Shown here one piece after another: positions 1 through 11,845 of a stretch of DNA of 64,000 bases. The position numbers were made by a program, and so were the translations under genes. Origin of the DNA: Eledone cirrhosa (Eukaryota); assembly GCA_964016885.1 (NCBI GenBank), contig OZ024745.1, positions 36,146,001 through 36,210,000 on the forward strand, written 5' to 3'. The notes under the pieces were generated by a model. That model ran no database searches. It saw only the letters and a list, made by a program, of their open reading frames with translations, and was not told where the DNA came from. Every line of letters starts with the position of its first letter. The first letter of the stretch is position 1.

Positions 1-959
1 ATAACAAACTAAGCCGCTCACTTTTACTGTGAATTGATAAATTGAAAGGTCTGAATTAAGATCTTTGGGAATAACTCTGAATTCGGCACTATAACTCCGA
101 AGCCAGGAAAATGATTTAAAAAAACCACGATTTTCCTATACAATTTACATTAAAATCCCATCACAGAAACTGTTCATTTATTTGTATTACTTTATCGAAA
201 TAATCTATACATATTACAAGCGACACAATGTCTACATTATCAGTCAATATTACATTGTTTTGGTTAGGACTTTACTACAGATGTTTGGTAAATAAAGGTG
301 AAAATATATTACATGCTTGGCAGTGATTCTGTTAAACATGTAAACTATTTATAATGGTTGTTTGGATTAGAAAATGTATGAAATGTTTCTGAAGAAACAT
401 ATTTATTGATTATAGTATTTATCAAGGGTCGTTCAGTGAATAACTGAATCAACAATTCTATTAATTCAAACATATTTCACGTTTTATTTGAACAAACATA
501 AACAAAAATGGTGTACATTTTTCATTAGAAATGTGCGAGACATGGTAAGTTTAACAAACTTCCATTGTGTAAGAAACAACAGATATAATTTTGCGGCGAT
601 TTAATGATAACCAATAACGTAATTATAGATATGTGTACAGAGAAAGTAAAGGAGGGAGGGTAAAGAACATCTATCGAAGTCACTGTCTGTCACCTTTCTC
701 TTTTTACCTTTCTGTCTCTCGTATATAGAAACAATCAAAATACTGGGAGATTAAGGGTTTCTGTATAACTCCCGTTATATAGGGAAAATGATAATAATAA
801 AGATTTGAAAAAAGCGCCTATACATGCATACGTGTAGAGTACACAAAGAAAGATAATTCACATCAATAGGGATTACATTTGTATTTAATCCGTTTCGCTT
901 ATACAGCTTTTAAAAAGTTATTTCATGTCTAATTTTGCACGATTCCATTTGTAATGTTA

Positions 960-1800
960 TTTACTCTTACGTTTTTCGTAAAACACAGCAGGCTTCTGGT
1001 TGTATCTTTGCCACTTATGTCAAGAAAACTCAATCCTTTACAAGGGAGGTATATTTGGACTGACCAGGTATTAAATATTATGTGTATGAAGAGTTTTGAA
1101 AATTGAACCTTCTTTGAAGTGGAATTCGTGGCCTTCTAATATATAGTTGCACACCTCGCAGTTAGGTCGGTTGTTTCTTTTCATTTCGGATTCTTTAATT
1201 CCAGTTTGCAACTTTGCATTTGTAAGTAAGTTTTCTATATAGTATTCTTTACATTTTATAAGTGGTTATTTTTGTTAAAAGGCTTTTCATTTATTTATCC
1301 TTTGGTAGAATATGTACGTTTAGGTTGTATGTGTTTGTAGATTTCTGTGTTATTTGGGTTAAAAGTTTAAATATATATTATGAGCTTTTGTTCTTTTTTT
1401 TTTAATTTTGTTTTCGGAGTACGTGGATATTAAACTGTCTTGCTTTTTTAATCTTATTATTGATAATATTTTGAGGCCATTTTCTTTTGCTGAGTGTGTG
1501 ATCTATCTTTCTTGGTTTTGAGATTAATATGCAAATTCGCTTAGCTAAGTTAAGTGGAATATTGATACGTATGTGTATTTGGATGAGAACGTGAAACAGA
1601 GATATTGTTGTGAAATGGTAGATTTGAAATATATTTCAGTCTCTACATCTATTTTTTGTTTTGTTAATGGTATGTCTAAAACAGAAATTTTCATTTTCTG
1701 ATATCCAAAGTGAAATGGATGTTAGGTTTCATATTATTGATGAGTGTTTGAAATATCTTTAGTTCATCAAGATTTTTCGTGTGGGAGTATATGCATATAT
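960..1800 (-). mobile_element. Degenerate Penelope-like element fragment (RT C-terminal/thumb region plus GIY-YIG remnant)
   Basis: The minus-strand translation gives LINNMKPNIHFT...NIPLNLAKRICILIS, typical of the PLE RT C-terminus, followed by a frameshifted endonuclease-like region. Many stops. Confidence 0.65.
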
Positions 1801-1802
1801 AC

Positions 1803-1852
<50 letters not shown>

Positions 1853-1943
1853 TATATAATAAGAAATTGAACAGGGACAGAACAGAGAGGCAGTACGACA
1901 AATGTTTATTATATTCACGCTCAGGAGAGTGGGGGGTAGGTGG

Positions 1944-1977
1944 AGGACGACGTTTCGGGCATAAGCCCTTCTTCAGG
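1944..1977 (-). ncRNA. Minimal type I hammerhead ribozyme motif (PLE pseudo-LTR type)
   Basis: Minus strand reads CTGAAGA-A-GGGC-TTAT-GCCC-GAAAC-GTC-GTC: conserved cores, a perfect 4-bp stem II and a GUC triplet. Stem I is weak. Confidence 0.7.
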
Positions 1978-2159
1978 TAAGAGTTCAAAAGGTGTGTAGG
2001 GGAGTGGTGGAGAGACATATAGCGAAAGGAAACGGTGCGAATGAAAAATTAACAAATAAAGACAAAAATATAATAAATAATAAATAAAAATAAAGCATGA
2101 TCAAAATACAAGGAATGAGAACATTTAAAAATAAAGGCATGATCAAAATAAACTGAAAT

Positions 2160-2804
2160 TAAAAGGGGGGTAAACAGGTGGTGGAAGGGTGTGGGGTGAG
2201 TGGAGGCGGGTGGAGTGGGGAGAGGGAGACGGGGTGTCCGAGCGGGGAGGGCTGAAGGTGGTGTGTGTGGTTAGGTGTGCGTGTGTGTGTGTGTGTGTGT
2301 ATGTGAAAGTGAGGGTTGGGGGAAGAACGGGGTTGCATGTTCAGGAAGGTGTGTGTGGGGGGTGTTTTTGTGTGTCGGAGGGTCTGTGCGTGTGTGGATA
2401 GGGGGTGGGGGGAGAGGAATCAGGGGGCTGAGGGTGTAAATATGTGGTGGGAAGCACGTGTGTGTGGTTTAAGCGTGTTGTGGGTGTGGGTGGCGTGTGG
2501 ATAAAAAAATTTGTTTTGGGATGTGTGTGTGGGTGAGTTATATAGGTGATGGTGTTAGAGGATGGTTGAAAGTGGTAAGTTACACGGATGTATGGAGATT
2601 TTGGTTGGAAGTCAAAACGCGTGTGGGTAATCCAAGAAGCGGTGGTCGGAAGAGGAGAGATGTGGGGTGCGCGCGCAACAGGAAGTGGTCAGCAGTGGAA
2701 GTGCTGTGGTCAGTTGGTGCTGAGACAGTGGTCGGAAGGGCATAGCAGCAGTCAGCGGAATGGTAGGGAGGCGAGGATGGGTAGGTGTGAGAGTTGGAGT
2801 GAGG

Positions 2805-2849
<45 letters not shown>

Positions 2850-3305
2850 TAGTAGGGGTGTTAGTGGGATGAGTGAGTGTGGAGTGGGGAGAGAAGGGTG
2901 TGTGTGGTTCTATGGAGGGAGTGTGGTGTACTGGTGTGTGTGTAGTTTGGTGAGGAGGTGTTAGTGGGTGTTAGTAGACGGGAGGTGGGGAGGGGTGGAA
3001 TGCAGGTGTGAGTGGGGGTTAGTGGGGGTAGGGTGTGTAGAGTTGGTGGTGTACGAGGGTGTGTGGGTACGTGTGCGTGGGATGGAGGGTGTTAGTGATG
3101 TTAGTTGCGTGTGGGGTGGGTGGTGTAAGTGTGTGCGTGTGATAAGGAGGGGGGAGGAGGAGAAGAGGGGAGGGAAGGGATGTTAGTATGTTAGTTGGGG
3201 AAGGGTGGTTAGATGAGGGGTGGAGTGGAGGTGTTAGTATTGTTAGTGTGGGGTGGGCGGTGAAAAGGAGGGGTGTGTTAGTGGTGTTAGTGGGGGAGGG
3301 GAGCG
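2160..3305. repeat. G/T-rich low-complexity tract adjoining the HHR, probably PLE-derived UTR
   Basis: Strongly skewed GT/GGGT composition with embedded (GT)n and no credible ORF. Confidence 0.5.
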
Positions 3306-3502
3306 GTCGAACATATATATATATAAAAGTTATAACTGGAGGAACGTTTGTTCACTTTGATTTATTATTTTAATTAATTTGTATTCACCATTCCATCCGT
3401 AGTTTATATGTTCGCCACACTAGTCGTTTTATATCCACTGTGATTGAGAGCTCGGATAAAGAGCTCGGAATCTGTTCCTTGAGCGTATTAAATTATAGGC
3501 GA

Positions 3503-3976
3503 CTAGCAGAAAAACCACCCTTCGGGTGGTTTCCTGGTAGATTGTGTGGTATGTATAATGGTATTATACGCAGGTATATATGCATGTAGATATGAAACAT
3601 CAAATAAAATCGTAATTGACAATATACACAGAAATAGAACGAAGACTGTGTTACAGTCTTATGTAATCAGTAACGTAATCCATGATAATTAAAAAAAGAC
3701 GATATTATATATAAACTGTATTAGGAGAAAATTAGTAACGGAAATATATGAATGTTTATTTAAGCGATCGCTAACCGGAAGTGTGGACATTTGAAAATGT
3801 TAAAGAAGTGAATAGTTAAAAAAGTAATAAAATATATTTAATGACAGCCACGAAATTTAGTAGATAAATTATGTAATATTCATTAATTATTTATTCAAAG
3901 TAATCCAACTTATTAAGGTGATGAAAAATTATAAACCGTACGCAGTCCCGCGCTTCTTACTTTATTATAGTTTAGA
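3503..3976 (-). mobile_element. Non-autonomous Helitron
   Basis: The minus strand starts A|TCTAAAC and ends with hairpin AAACCACCC-GAA-GGGTGGTTT, a few nt, then CTAG|T. These are the 5'-TC and 3'-CTAG ends, with a subterminal hairpin and an AT target. Confidence 0.7.
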
Positions 3977-4002
3977 TTACTGTGAGTTTTAAACTTAACT
4001 TT

Positions 4003-4044
<42 letters not shown>

Positions 4045-4085
4045 CGTAAAATAAGAAAATTATAAAATGATCTTACTAAAATTTC

Positions 4086-4168
4086 ACTCCCAACTAATTA
4101 GTTTCTGAAAGGGAATAAACATACTTTCCGAAGAAGTGTACAGAGAAGCCTTTCGTCATCAGGGAAGT
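4086..4168 (-). ncRNA. Hammerhead ribozyme with extended stem II, inside a ~170-bp repeat (4040-4210) also found at 36557-36730
   Basis: Minus strand reads ACTTCC-CTGATGA...GAAAC-TAATTA-GTT-GGGAGT: 6-bp stem I, palindromic stem III, GUU triplet. Confidence 0.65.
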
Positions 4169-4274
4169 CTATTCTCAGCTAAGTTTCCAGGCAATACGTG
4201 GACTCAGGGAACTTGTATGCATCTATGTATATATATGTTACTAGATATACTAATTCTTTATATATATATATATA

Positions 4275-4452
4275 AAAATAAAGATCCGAAGGCATGGTAT
4301 ACATTTCCAATCATTTTAATCACGACACATGTTTCAATAAGAGATAGATCGATTGTGTAGCCATGATCGATTACCACTGATCTCGTCAGGTAAAACATGT
4401 GTCGTGATTAAAATGATTGGAAATTTATACCATGCCTTCGGATCTTTATTTT
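4275..4452. repeat. Fold-back inverted repeat (~58-bp arms) containing an HHR on the minus strand (~4318-4393)
   Basis: Arm AAAATAAAGATCCGAAGGCATGG...ACATGTTT is mirrored at 4393-4452. The minus strand has CTGACGA...GAAAC-ATGT-GTC. Flanked by (TA)n. Confidence 0.75.
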
Positions 4453-4523
4453 GATACAAATACTCCGTTTTACATCATCTAGCTGTTCCCATAAATGGAA
4501 TTGGAGATATACGAAAGCGTGGA

Positions 4524-4713
4524 GAACCATTTTTATTTTATCTGTTTATTTATTTATTTATCTTTGTCTTCTTCTCTACGCATGCGTTTGTGTGTGTGTA
4601 TAGTGTTTGGTGTGTATTCGCGTTTGGGTGACTGCGTTTCGGTTATTGTATTCCATCTATGTTTACTAGTGTGTGTTTATATGTGTTTATTGTTATTGTG
4701 CTTGTGTATATAT

Positions 4714-4752
<39 letters not shown>

Positions 4753-5219
4753 TATTTCTCTTAAGTCAGTATTGTTTGTTTGGGTGCTGTTATTCCATTC
4801 ATTTTTTTCTGTTTAGCTTTGGCCTACTAAGCTCTATTTCGCTTGCCTCTCTGATTTGCCTATCTGTTGGGTCATTGCTATGTTTAGATATTATTTTAAT
4901 TTCTATGTTGTCTATGTTATCGCCATTTTGTTGTCTGGCATGTTCATATAGTACTGAACCGATTTTTCATCCTGTTCGCCCCCCCCCCCCAGTGTTGGTC
5001 TATCCTTTCACCTATGCGACTAGCTGTTTCGCCTATGTATGTTGTTGTCATGTTTTTGCAAGTACGCTCTGTATATCTCATGCTATAGACTACGTTTCTA
5101 GTTTTGCAGTTTATCTGGGGGTTTACTTTACCTATAACACATTTCCTATTAGTACAGTGGGTTTTCCTATTTCTGGCAATATTATTACAACAATATGACC
5201 CTCCCCAAGTATAAGAATA
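4524..5219 (-). mobile_element. 5'-truncated Penelope-like element (GIY-YIG endonuclease end) with an inverted terminal segment
   Basis: ORF 4944-5234 has CKTRNVVYSMRYT...YIGETASRIGERIDQH and is homologous to 27190-27800. Segment 5172-5219 is the inverted copy of this family's 3' terminus at 26895-26940. Confidence 0.8.
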
Positions 5220-5277
5220 TTTGTTTAGACACACATTTCATATCAAAAACCTCGCAAAACAAATTCATCGCCGTCAT

Positions 5278-5387
<110 letters not shown>

Positions 5388-6129
5388 GTGTGTGTGTGCT
5401 TTTGTCTGCGTGGATGTGTGTGTGCGTGCCTGTGCGTGAGTGCATGTGTGTGTATGTGTGTGGGCAAAGATCCCATTTGAAAGGTTTTTTTTCTGTGATG
5501 CTTTTAATGTTAAGTTTAATATTAACAGGGTTATTGCATTTTAATTATATCCTTTGAACCTATTAAACTCAGTGTGTTTTATTGCTGTGTAGGATTGTAC
5601 AAAGATAATGTTATGCTACATATAAGAACGTCCCCCCCCCCCTCCTCCACACACACACGATATAGTAAGGTGAATAGGCGTGTGAGAAATCTCGTCTTAA
5701 AAAAAATAATTCTTATCTGAAAGATTGTTTCGAACGATTTGACATTAATGTAATGTAAACGCAGGCCACAAGTATTTCCATAATCATTGTCGAATGTCAA
5801 AGGCTTTTTATAACAATATTGTATTTCAGATCAATCGCAGTGTGCGAGAAAAACTTAGAACTCTTGCTTTATTTGTAGCTGACTCAGAAACAAGGTTATG
5901 TAATCGATATTAGATTTGATTGTTCCCAGCGTATAATCGATTTATCGACACCTATATAATTGGCCACACTGACGTTCAGCCAACGAATGTTTTTTTTTGT
6001 TTTTTCTTAATTTTATGTTCAATAACAATTTTAGTATAATAATTATAATATTAATAATAATAACTCATAGAAACAAGATCATTATCAGTCTTATTAGAAT
6101 CAGTATTATCATTAGTTGTTTTAACAGTT

Positions 6130-7330
6130 TTATGTGACTTCCTACTGCCCCAATAGTTACACTTCCATGTTCTTGAGGTGTGCGTGGCATCAGTTTTTAA
6201 TTTGCGTTAATTTGCTCCGTTCCTCCTACTTTATGTTGGTATTTATGTCCTTGTTCTGATCTTATTTCAGAGTTTGTGTGTTAAGTATCTTATTGCCGGA
6301 GGAGGACTGAATAGAGTATGTGCTGTGCGTGATGTGGTATGTAAAATGTGATATATTCTAGTCACTAGTATTATAATCTCTCGCATCAACTGTGTAATCT
6401 CTGGTGTTATAATCTCTCTGTCGATTGTATAAGAAATATTTGTTTGGGTGCTAATTTGATAGAGTATGTGATGTGTTCATAAAGCATACTTCTTGTGTTG
6501 TGCTAATGGTTTGACAAAGATTTGGCAATTGGAAATGTTGCATAATTTTAATTAACATATTTGTCTCTGGCGATACATTGCTCATGTACAGACAAAACTT
6601 TATTTGATTCTACCTTTTTGTCCAGAATGGTTACTCTATTGATGGCGTCACTGTTTTTGTTAGACGATAAATTGGTTGAGCTGGTTGGATGTCGGATAGA
6701 ATACTCATTCCAGATCTCTGCACACTGAGATAAAATTCCACCGAATTCAGCTTCACCTTTCATCCCTTCCAGTTCAATATTGCGGTCATTGTATATTCCC
6801 TCCTCTCTATGTCTGAAAGATTTTGGCTACAGTCAAACCTGGAGCGTCATAGGATCTACTTGGTTTTAAAATGATCGAGACAGTTCCCTTTCCACTCCAT
6901 TGGGAATTACTGGATCAATAATCAGTCATATTTTGTTACGGTGTTGTCTATATTGTTTTGCAAATTTCACTTCTTTTGCTTTTATCTTAAAGTACTTAGT
7001 CTCTAGATTGTTTTTATTGCATTTTACTTCTCCTGTCCCCGTTGCTAGTAGGTTATTCATTGTCTGTCTAGTAATTTCAATTCATTCAGATTCACTTTGT
7101 TATCTTGAAACGGTAGCCTAGAGTGGATACTCTTGGTGTATCCATGTCTAACATATCATTTCTAATACTGAGTCCAATCTTTACTGTTAGTCTGACACTT
7201 CCTTCGAGCTATTAATTTTCTTCATCATTTCGGTCTGCTATGTTTTATCGGTTTCAACTACTCTTAGATATTCATTCGTAAGGGTGATAATCATCTACAT
7301 TTCTCATTTTCAGGTCTGTGTCACATTTAA
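6130..7330 (-). mobile_element. Highly degenerate non-LTR retrotransposon RT fragment
   Basis: Fragmentary minus-strand remnants near 6780-6920 resemble the start of an RT domain (PxxWKxGxVxxIxK...). Many stops and frameshifts. Confidence 0.35.
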
Positions 7331-7579
7331 CTGCTACGGAGATACTATATTATATATAATAGCAGGTGAAATATTCCATACCAAGAATCTAAATTATTGT
7401 GCTATATTAAATATTTATAAATAGTTGCAGCAAAAAAACCCACCAACACCTACGCGTCAAAAATATGCTTCAGCTACAACCGACGGACAAGATTGCAAAT
7501 TCTTGCACTCATTGTTTTGGTAATACATTAACGTTGGCGAAATTTGGAAGTAATCGAAACAACTAACATTTATATATAT

Positions 7580-8153
7580 ATATATAAACATGAGAAGAAT
7601 TGAGTGCTGCGTGGTTGCACATGGGTTACATATGAAAGAAATAGTCCTTCATCAGTGATTTTCCAACCTTCATTGGTATTTCATCGCTTTAAAAATCATA
7701 TACCTCCAGTTGGTGCAGCAATAGCTAAACAAGGCTATTGGGAGAAGTAAATCGCGTAAAGCGAGCGAGACAAGTAAACAAACATATAAGGTATAGCAAC
7801 GGAAAGATAGGAAGAAATAAGCACATGATATCCGTTCACCTTAAGGTGGGTGAATTTCATGGGCGAGAGAGACAGCAGACCGTCCGACGCCAGTGACGTG
7901 TGAGCGAGAAAGGAGCCCACACAGGCCAAACGGGAGGAAGTGAGAAGGGCAGAAGCAGAGAGTGAGTGAGTGGAAGTGCGAGGAAGAGGCCAGTCGAGAG
8001 AAAGTGTGACTAACAGAGGGGGTGAAAGAAGGTGAGAGATACAGAGAGAGGGGGAAGCAGTAAGAGAGAAACAGACAAACGCAGTTGTGGAAAATATATA
8101 TAAAAACATGAGAAGAATTGAGTGCTGCGTGGTTGCACATGGGTTACATATGG

Positions 8154-8155
<2 letters not shown>
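7580..8155 (-). repeat. ~518-nt unit bounded by ~55-bp direct repeats, with an HHR remnant
   Basis: AAACATGAGAAGAATTGAGTGCTGCGTGGTTGCACATGGGTTACATATG occurs at ~7586 and ~8104. The minus strand has CTGATGAAGGAC at 7644-7655 with the GAAA half deleted. Confidence 0.6.
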
Positions 8156-8185
<30 letters not shown>

Positions 8186-8187
<2 letters not shown>

Positions 8188-8345
8188 TTCAAGAGATAAG
8201 AGTAACATGGTTGTCTGTACAATAAGGGCTTTATTCACAGTGCTGACAATTGTTTCTTTGATCCGGTAGGTCTAGAGTCCGTTAACCGTTAGATGTTGCG
8301 TCAATCGAACTCCAATACTTTGTTTATAACCAGTTAATACCATCC
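8186..8345 (-). repeat. Copy of the HHR-bearing terminal repeat also present at 37336-37496 and 38575-38732
   Basis: Shares CAATAAGGGCTTTATT...TGCTGACAATTGTTTC...GCGTCAATCGA...CCAATACTTT...TATAACCAGT. Confidence 0.7.
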
Positions 8346-8411
8346 ACAACACCGATACTCTAACTGGACTACCTCTAAGTGGATTGCCTATAACGATAAC
8401 TTGTTATTCCG

Positions 8412-8559
<148 letters not shown>

Positions 8560-8747
8560 ATCATGCGTTGTTTCATTATCCTGGTCTCAATGTTCATCAT
8601 TTTGGCCGCCTGCTGTCCTCTGGTGTTCGGCACGCGATAGATCGTCATGGCATGTTGACTCTTAAGAGGAAATAGAGGAGGAGTCGAATATATATATATA
8701 TAGATGAAAAGTCAGAGAGAGACAGAGAGAGAGAGACAGAGAGGATG

Positions 8748-8838
<91 letters not shown>

Positions 8839-9712
8839 AGGTTTGAACATTGAAGTTTAGAAAATGTTTAAAGAAGTTTGTGGTTGGTAGGCGAGTGGTT
8901 CGGCTTTCGGGAGAGAGGTCCGAGGAGATGATGTGCCCATGCAGTGAATTTTGTAGGCGTGCAATATTGCTTCTGTGTGTATGTGTCTGTGTGTATGTAC
9001 TAGTGCGCTCTGTGAGTCATTTATATATTTGCGCGCCTGTCTGTGAATTCTTTGTTTCATTTATGAATGTGTGTGCACGTAAGTGTGTGTGTGTGTATGT
9101 GTGTGTATGTGTGTGCGTGTGTGTGTGTGTGTGTTTATGCATTGAACTGTGTGTGTATATCTGTGTCTGAACGTTTATGCATGCATTTTTATGTGTGCTT
9201 TCTGTGTATGGATATGTTTTTGTATGAGTGAGTGTATGCATGTCTTCACGCATATGTTTATGACTAAAATACACTCCTAGGATATATGTATACATTATTA
9301 ATAAAATTTAGTACCCCTAAGGATATATTTTTTGAAACTCTTTATCGTAGCCACTGTAGACATAAATAGAAGAGATCGGAATCTAAATTTTTTTTTCTCG
9401 ACTAATGACGGCTTCCTTGTGTGTTTAAAAATGTGTTCACTAACCAAAAGGCATAAGTATGCCTATGTACAATATATGTTTATTTTATATCTATTTTCCG
9501 TAGAATTCGAATGGCGTTCTAGCAATGTATGTTAATATAAGGTGTGTTCCATTCCGGCTATGCTTCTAGGAAATATTTATAAACATACATAAGACGCACA
9601 CGTATGCACACATACACACACATTTATAGTATAACAATGCATGTACCTCTATATATACGTGAAAGTTTATATATATCTCTATCTCCATCTCTCTCCTTAT
9701 CTCTCGCTCTCT

Positions 9713-9780
<68 letters not shown>

Positions 9781-9783
<3 letters not shown>

Positions 9784-10311
9784 CAAGAAAACGAAAAATG
9801 AGTGATGCATCTGGACTTAGTTTATTTCGTGTTACAAATGTTTCGCCGGCATGTAGTTCGAGTCATGGTCCTTGTATGGATCTGGCTGATTCTACTTCTG
9901 CGGGTTCTTTCAGACACGGCTGTTATGTCCGGAGCACATTTTATCACTGGGGTGTTGTCATCAAAACAACCCCTCAAAAAACCTTCTTTCCACTTCCATT
10001 GAAATATGTCGGACGGAAAATGGTTGATGAACCGTGTGGCGGATACTGACCAGAACTTGCGATGACGTGGAGTAAAAACAGCCAATGGCATGACAAAAGT
10101 GGAAAGAAGGTTTTTTGAGGGGTTGTTTTGATGACAACACCCCAGTGATAAAATTTGCTCCGAACATAACAGCCGTGTCTGAAAGAACCAGCAGAAGTAG
10201 AATCAGCCAGATCCATACAAGGACCATGACTCGAGCTACATGCCGGCGAAACATTTGTAACACGAAATAAACTTAGGCCAGATGCATCACTGATTTTTCG
10301 TTTTCTTGATA
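9781..10311. repeat. Fold-back inverted repeat with ~215-bp arms, each carrying an HHR variant (9828-9918 minus, 10174-10264 plus)
   Basis: Arms 9781-9995 and 10097-10311 are near-perfect reverse complements. The plus arm reads CGTGT-CTGAAAGA...GAAAC-ATTT-GTA-ACACG, with a perfect 5-bp stem I. (TA)n lies on both sides of the element. Confidence 0.85.
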
Positions 10312-10391
10312 ATATCTACACTCTACTCTGATGAATATCGAGTGCTAATTTTGGCATACCGCTTACGGAAGCACCATAGCTACCATTATAC

Positions 10392-10441
<50 letters not shown>

Positions 10442-10685
10442 AAAAAAGGTAATTGAAATTTCATTTCTCAGATTAGAGCAAAAATCACGGGTACTCTATC
10501 TTAAAATTATTTTTGAAAAGCATAAGAAATGCGCAACCGGTAAAAACTTAAAACTAAAACTGAATACTAACTAATACTTATTACTAATTTATACTTATTC
10601 CTAATTAAACTATTTTTCACTGGGAAAAATTTGTCAGGATTTTCTTTTCCTTTTTACTAATTGCTTAAGGGTTTCTCTGTTAATG

Positions 10686-10734
<49 letters not shown>

Positions 10735-11568
10735 TGAGTCCTGTATTTTCGTTGCTGTGGTAATGCGGCTGGACTGGCGATCGCTATATTTGATTTGCTA
10801 ATCTGTCTAAACGTATTGTTATTACTCTGGGGAACTAATCAATAGCGAAATGCGCGTCACCAACCAATAAATGTAATGAAGGAGTAACCACTCGTCCTTG
10901 TTCTCGATACCGACCTCAACCTAAACATCGAGTGGTCACCCGGGTGAACCTACAGTAACTACGCTCTACACGCCCTGGATATATATATATATATACAGTT
11001 AGGTGTGTGAAACATATATGTATAAATATGTTTGTATATGGAGTAAGATATATAGATAGACAGTAATAGATAGACAGTAATGTGTCTTTGACTACTGTTT
11101 CAGTATACATCGGAAATATTATCTATAGCTAAATGTGTTATTCAACATGCTCTAGTTATGAAATTCTCCAAAACAACTCCATGTTTACTCTTTGATCTAC
11201 GCCGAAATTACAAGTGTATATTATCGAAAATGTGACACTGCTTCAATTTTAATAGCTTACCACTTCCTGTATCTTACTTGCTATTGTGCAATGAAGTGGT
11301 TTTGTAAATAATATGCGATGTTTTGCTCTTATTAGATTTCAAGTTTGATGTTGAATTGTGTTCAAAGTGTCAGAAATGCGTCGGCCAGTGAGTATTTTAA
11401 ATCTAAAATGACAGTTCAGATTGCAAATTGAGTCGAATAGTGGTTGATGGCGATTCTGGTTCGTTTTATTGATTCATAAATTGACACACCGCATGCGTTC
11501 TAAAACTGACACATATTAAAAGATCCCGATGGATCGGCACTCAAATACTTTAGCTTAGACACATTTAG

Positions 11569-11689
<121 letters not shown>

Positions 11690-11845
11690 CTATACCTTTA
11701 CTGTCATTTCTATAATACGAAGAGGGTGTTTAACTCCAACACACTCTAGTATTTCAATTCTTATATATATATATATATCTGTCTGTCTGTCTCTATGTCT
11801 CTGTATAAGTGTGTGTATCTATTTATCAATCAATCTATCTGTATA

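Noticed and set aside
4659-5198. Hydrophobic membrane-protein-like ORFs here and at 27316-27723, 29818-30378, 16596-16944 and 17588-17968
   Set aside because: They are antisense shadows of A-rich retroelement coding strands (PLE EN and N-rich region, Tx1 ORF1).
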